Of a DNA stretch of 49,169 nucleotides, positions 43,002 through 49,169 are shown in pieces. Under the pieces are notes generated by a model, which searched no databases, was not told where the DNA came from, and saw only the letters and a list, made by a program, of their open reading frames with translations. Source of the stretch: Ministeria vibrans ATCC 50519 (lineage: Eukaryota; Protista; Filasterea); NCBI GenBank assembly GCA_943704425.1, contig CALSCP010000335.1:1-49169 (forward strand), in the 5' to 3' direction. Every line of letters begins with the position of its first letter. Position 1 is the stretch's first letter. A program made the translations under genes and the position numbers.

Positions 43002-43085
43002 GCTTGTTGAATGGCTTTGCTCAATTGACTAAAGTGTCTGAATGTGTGGGAATTTGAATAGTGATCTTATTATTATTATTATTCC

Positions 43086-43995
43086 ATGATCGGACTAAAG
43101 GGAATTGTGCTTTTGAGCGCACTTGTAGCGTGCGCTCATGCGTTGGGCGAAACGGTGATGATTGAGATGCGCGATGGCATCAAACTATCGACTGTCATCA
43201 ACAATCGTCCGTTGGTCAAAACGGAGAAACGCGCAGCGCTCATGGACCGCTCGCCGTACGGGCATGATGGTACGTGCAGGTGGGGTGGCGTGGGGTGGTC
43301 TGCGCACGGCGTTATAAGGGGGAAAAAGGGGAAACAGAAAAAAAAAGAAAAAAAAAAAAGAAAAAGAAACAACAACGCATGACTAAGCTTAAGGGGCGGT
43401 GTTAGGGGGATTGGGGGTGGGGAGTAGAGTGGTGGGGAGGGATGCTGACGAGGGGCATGGGTGCGTAGCGATTGAGCTGCTGGCGGAGCTGGGAGTGCTG
43501 TTTGGGATGGTTGCGGTGCGGCAGGACCAGCGGGGCAGCGGCAAGAGCGAGGGCAACTACACGCTGTGGCACAATGCGGGCGACGATGCGTACGACACCA
43601 TGAAGTGGATCAGCGAGCAGGTCTGTGGCGCTGGGGTGTTCCAGTGGGGTTTTGGCGTTGTGAACTCGGGAGTTGTCTTTTGCAGGAGTGGTCGAATGGC
43701 GAAGTTCACATGATTGGAGGCTCTGCCGATGGTATTGCTGTGTTTGGAGCGGTGCAAGACCAGCCCAAGTGGCTCAAGAAGTGCGCCATTATCTGGGCGA
43801 CGAGCGAAGGTCACACCTTTGCGTTTCCGGGCGGAGCGTACCGTCAAGCACTGACGGAGGGATGGACGAAGCACTTTGGACCGCAGCAACCGATGCTGGT
43901 GAAGGAGGTGAAGGCGAACGAAGGAGCGGGCCCGTGGTGGTAAGAACAAGCCAGTGTGTCTTCTCTCTATCTGACTCCTATTTGTGTATGTGTGT

Positions 43996-44081
<86 letters not shown>

Positions 44082-44628
44082 CAGGGACAATCTCAATATG
44101 ACGGGCAAGTACGATCGCGTTGTGCAGCCGACCGTCATGTGGGCTGGTAATCACAGAGAGACTGACATGAGTAAAAAATTGGTATTTATATATGTTTTAT
44201 TGTTGTAGGCTGGTACGATATTTTTGCCAACGGAAACTTTTTGGGTTGGAACGGTAAGAGGTCGACAGCAGCAGAGGTGACAATCTGAATGAGATTGGTA
44301 ATGATCATCATTTCAAATAGGATACCAATACCAGTCTGATCCGTCGGTGCGCGGAAAGCAGAAGTTGGTGGTAGACCCGCTGGGACATTGCCAAGAGGCC
44401 ATGCTGGACTTCCCCAAGCACCTTGTTGCTGGTACCCCCCTCTCATTTTATGCGTGAATTTTGTGTTGTGATGTTTTTTTTTGTTGGTTGGTTGGTTTTC
44501 AGGACGCGCTGCGCTTCCAGTTCTTCTGTTCCTGGATCTGTTTGGTGACACGCACAAGTATGATGAAGGTGTCAAGGCAGTCACGTTCTACGTCGTAAGC
44601 GCAAAGTGACCACAAACACCCTACTCTC

Positions 44629-44714
<86 letters not shown>

Positions 44715-46284
44715 CCTTTATCTCTTTCGATACATTAGATGGGCCCTAACTACCAAGTGGACACGTCGGCCGGCAACTACTGGACAACAGTGGACCACTT
44801 CCCGTCCTTCATTCCTACTCCTTACTACCTCCATGCCAACGGTCGCTCCGTCTCCACTGCCGGTCCTCCTACCAACAGCCAGTCTGCGTCCATTATCTAT
44901 GATCCCAAAGGTGGGCGCTCTCATTTGTCGTGTTTCTGTTGGTGTCCTCTCACAGTCAGTGGTTTTATTTTTGGTAGATCCTGTTCCCTCTCAAGGCGGA
45001 AACAATCTTGAGATCAAGTGCGGTCCTCTCGATCAGGTATCACACTAAAACACATTAAATTTCTCTTTTATTGTTCTCATTTTTTGTATCCCTTAGACGT
45101 CTGTCGAAGAAGGACAGCGCAAAGATGTGCTCACATTTACCACAGAGCCACTGAAGGAGACAGTTGCACTGACGGGACCTATCGTGGCAGTGCTGTTTGC
45201 ATCCACCAACTGCACTGACACCGACTTTACTGTCAAGCTCACTGACGTCGTACGACACTCACGACCGCACTCACACGCATACTCATCTCTCTTTATCTAT
45301 TCCTTTTGGTTCTGTTTTTTTTAATCACTAATTATTTGTTTCTTATTCTCTTACTATCATTTGTTTCTCTCTTTCTCTCTTTATTACGTTATCGCTTTGT
45401 CTCTCTGTTTTGTGTCTGCCTGTCTGTCTGTCTGTCTCCCTCTGTATCTGTTTGTGTGTAGTACCCGGATGGCAAGTCGCATCTCATCCAGGATGGCATT
45501 GTGCGTCTTCGTTGGCGCGATGGTGGCGCGACTGCCAAGCTCGCCATTCCAAACCACATCTATCAACTTGAGGCATCACTTTGGTACATATAATTATATA
45601 ATATTATACTATTATTTTATTATATTATATACATACCTACATACACGCACATGCACAAATACATAATATGTCATAATGTACTCACACTCACGCATTTTAT
45701 CTGGCAGGAACTCGTCTTACGTGTTTAACAAGGAGCACCGCATCCGAGTGTCTCTGTCGTCGTCGAACCACCCGCGCTTCTCCGCTAACCCCAACAATGG
45801 CGAGTCCCTTCCTAATGCCGATGCCAAGCCTCATCAGATTGCCCACAACACCTTCTACTTCTCCGCTCAGCACCCGACTCGCATTGGTAAAGAATTTCAC
45901 ACAGTCATAGTATAATATTAAATTTTTTGTCTCCTCATTTGCTTCTTCCCTTTCAGAACTCCCTATTGTCACTCTGGACCAGCTCCCCGAGTTCCCTGTG
46001 CACGACATGCTCCCTCAGAGTACTTGACACGAAGCAAAGACAATTCCCTCTCAGCTTATTCTTCTCTCTCTCACTTTTCTCTATCACTTTGTTTCTCTCT
46101 ATCACTTTGTTTCTCTCTATCACTTTGTTTCACTCAATCACTTTTGTTTCTCTCTCCATCACTTTGTTTCTCTCTCCATCACTTTGTTTCTTTCTCTCTC
46201 CTCTCTCTCTCTTGTTCAGATGGTACTGATGCGCGTGCTGCGGAGATTCTGATGGAAATGGCACTTTTGCGCGCTCGGAAGTAA
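43086..46284 (+). CDS. CocE/NonD family serine hydrolase (peptidase S15), secreted, multi-exon
   Basis: MRDGIKLS, RSPYG, QDQRGSGKSEG, DAYDT..W, WSNG.V..IGGSADG, GWYDIF, DTDFTVKLTDV and HRIRVSLSSSNHPRF. Confidence 0.9.
46070..46212. repeat. Intronic tandem repeat of ~18-20 bp unit CTCTATCACTTTGTTTCT
   Basis: About 6 degenerate copies are visible in the last CocE intron. Confidence 0.8.
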
Positions 46285-46377
46285 AAGAACTCTTCCTTTC
46301 TCCTCCGCTGAAGTTCAATAAAGCACAAATCTGGGGACCATTTTTATTCTACATATCTAGTGGTGATGATACAGTTA

Positions 46378-47452
46378 TTATATGCCAAGAAGAGTCTTTG
46401 CGCCGGCCTGACTGCGGTGAATGCGTGTAGGGCGTCGACGACCACGCGCACCACTCGCACGCTACATATATAAACAGAGAGTAGAGTTACAACTCGCATA
46501 TAGTATAATTTATGTATACGTCGATCTATCTTACTTGGAGTGTGGAGAGAGTCGCCGATGCGTCATTCATACTGTCATCTGCCATAGCTATTCTTCCTTT
46601 TGTATTTGATTGACTCATCTTCAGCTCACGAGCGACAGTCAGTGCCATTTGTTTCTTGGCGGCCAGGTCGTTTAGCGTGCCTATTGATGGATAATCGTGT
46701 GGTTCTAAATGAACCGGTTGAGTGTTCAAGGGCGAGTCGGCAGTGCGCGAAAGAGTTGAGTTTGCAGTGGTTGTCGTTGCTGGCGAGACACGTCCCACTG
46801 TTTCAAACCGCTCAATGAGCGATCGTATTGGTGTTGCACGGCCTTGCGCTTGGCGGGTCACTGGGGAATCAATATGTATCACATTGCCATCGTCGCAGTC
46901 GACGTCGTCAATCTTCAGTGTGTCCTGCGAGACATCTGCAAGTGGGCGCTCTTGCGGATGAACTTTCATCCGTCTAGGTCGCGTCATGGCTCGCAGTGCG
47001 GCCCCGGCGCCCGTCGAGCCCCGATTTGATTTGATAGCCTGATCATGGTCATGCGTAGTCTGTTGCATGGGTGCACTAGTTGCAGCTGCACTAGTAGGGG
47101 ATTGCTGCTCTGCCTCTGTGTCGTCAATTCCCCATGACGCGACGATGACCTCTGGAGGCAGTTCGCTCTGAATGGACCGTCGCGACATTGTCTTCATGAC
47201 TCGTGATGGCGCCTTGGGAGGGTTTTCCGAGGACACGGCTGGCGTCATGCTTGTGTTGACTTGTCGGACACTCCCTCCGACCATGACAGCGGGCGCCATG
47301 GCTCCGTGCACGCACGATTTTTCCAACGCTTCAAATTGTGACAGCTTCGACTTCTCTCTCATCGTAACGTCCGTCCGTCTGCGGCGTTTGGTCACTTTAA
47401 GGTCATCGTCAACATTCTCAACAAGGTCATTCTCCGAGACGCCTCTTTTCAT
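46378..47452 (-). CDS. Hypothetical low-complexity protein (probable short last exon)
   Basis: 308-aa ORF ending at CAG|GTAAG. A downstream TAG acceptor gives RASGARGRRRPTRIHRSQAGAKTLLGI*. No domain recognised. Confidence 0.5.
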
Positions 47453-47711
47453 CGACAGGACAGGGCCTATGAACTATTGAGGACGGTTGCCATGGATATA
47501 AACAAAACGGAATGTTACCAGTCTCAACCACCGCTACGTTCCTCGAACTATTACATCCCATCACACGAATCTGAAATTTCAAATTTTCAATGGATCAATG
47601 ACTGCGCCTTCTGACTGGAGCAGGAGTCGGAGCACTAATTGATTGATGATTTGATGAAATCACAAGTCTCAAAATAAAAGTTTTAATTTTTATTGTATAT
47701 TCGTCTCTAAA

Positions 47712-49169
47712 ATGATACGATCAGTGCTGTCAAAGGTGGGATCCTTCTCGAAGGTGTCGGCCACGTTCAACCAGGACTCTATTTCACTGCACAACATCAT
47801 CAACGCGTACAAATTCAATGCGTTTTGGCTGCGCGACAACTGTCGCTGTCCCCAGTGCTTCCACAAGCCATCGGCGCAGCGCCTCGTCGACACATTCAAG
47901 TACACGATGCCCTCTTCCCTCCCTCCCTTTCCCTTTCCCAGCGTACCTTTGTGAAATGCTGTTTCTCAACGTTTTTCGGTGTGTGTGCGTTGCAGAATCG
48001 ATCCTGCCATTAAGGTTTCGAGCGCCAGCGTCGTCGACGCAACTACAAGCGTGCTGCTGAGCGACGGCCACGTGGTCGAGTACCCCACCGACTGGCTTGT
48101 GGAGCGCGGCGCCGCCCGCATGACGACCAACGGGAATATGGTGCCCAAGGAGTACTGGCCGACGCCGCTGCGCTTTGGCACGCTTCCGCACGTGAACCAC
48201 GACGAGCTCATGGCCGGACCGACCGACCAAGTCAACAGCGATGGCTTTCCCATCGAGAACGATGCCCATCGTGAGCTGTTTCGCAACCTGCATGTCCACG
48301 GCTTCAGCTTTGTGCACAAAGTGCCGCCGACAGTCGAAGCAACGCGCGCCATGGCAATGCGTCTCACCGGCGTCCTGCGCGACACCCACTACGGCCCCTT
48401 CTGGGACTTTACCTCAGACGGCGCCATGAGCGACCTCGCCTACACTAACAATGCCATTCCGGTGCACACAGACGGCTCTTACTTCAGCGAACCGCCAGGG
48501 TAAAATTCATTATGTACTTCACATTCACTCTCAGACACACATTGTAGTCTTCAAATGTTTCATTGCATCGAGTTTTCGGGCGAAGGCGGACTCTCGTCGC
48601 TTGTCGATGGCTTTGCAGCCATTGAGGATTTCAGAGAGGGTCGTCCAGAAGACTTTGACGTACGAGATTGTTTTGTGCGTTGAGCGAATGTCTTTCAACT
48701 GTCTCTTTGTCCCTGTCGTTTTAACTCTCTTGTTCCCAGTATTTGACGGACAATGCAGTTGGATGGCACACAATGGACCGTAAGCGTAATGTGCACTTTC
48801 GGGCGATTGCACCTGTCATTGAAGTGGATCTCTTTGGCCAGCTGTGTTTGCTGAGGTTCAGTAGCAGAGACACAACATTCAACTGTATTCATTATAATGT
48901 TTATTAAGGTTCAACAACGAAGACCGGTCGCCGGTGGACACGCTTCCGGAGCAATTTGAAGAGGATTTCATGGTCAACTACCGTGAGCTAGGGCTGCTCC
49001 TGCAGCGTCCCGAGCGCCATCTACAGTACCAGCTCATGCCGGGCTCGGCTGTCATCTTCGACAACTGGCGCATCCTCCATGCTCGCCAGGCCTTTACTGG
49101 CAAGCGACGCATTGCCGGCTGTTACATTCGTACGCCTTTTTTTTTTTTTTTGTGTGTGTGTGTGTGTGT
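47712..49169 (+). CDS. TMLHE: Trimethyllysine dioxygenase (GBBH/TMLH family), runs off the window
   Basis: WLRDNCRCPQCFH zinc site, THYGPFWDFTSD..DLAYT...HTDGSYFSEPPG|LQMFHC, LVDGF and FDNWRILHAR.AFTG.R.IAGCY. Confidence 0.85.

Overview
Gene-dense, intron-rich eukaryotic nuclear DNA with short GT-AG introns, many (AG)n/(GT)n/(AAT)n microsatellites, four N gaps and a (CCCTAA)n telomere tract. BBS1, UBR3, AGAP and IRBIT-like genes suggest a flagellated unicellular holozoan-like organism, but this is inference only. About 20 protein genes are recognisable, including DHRS7-like SDR, NUDT16-like Nudix, agmatinase, AGAP-like ArfGAP, RPLP2, AHCYL1/IRBIT-like, DUF5765, MAPEG, NOPCHAP1-like, a CBM48-CaaX protein, PNGase, OXCT/SCOT, UBR3, BBS1, protist lysozyme, CocE/NonD hydrolase and TMLHE. 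The standout is a hidden, circularly permuted tRNA-Arg(CCG) gene on the minus strand at 19989-20105. Its 3' half lies upstream of its 5' half, it is split at 37/38, and it also carries a 29-nt T-arm intron bounded by a bulge-helix-bulge-like motif. Reassembled, it gives a 73-nt cloverleaf. Other oddities are a telomere-adjacent caspase-like (clan CD) gene broken by a 7-bp duplication, a PNGase with unusual domains, and a shuffled/duplicated first 3.3 kb. All family calls come from motif recognition by eye, and exon boundaries were read manually.
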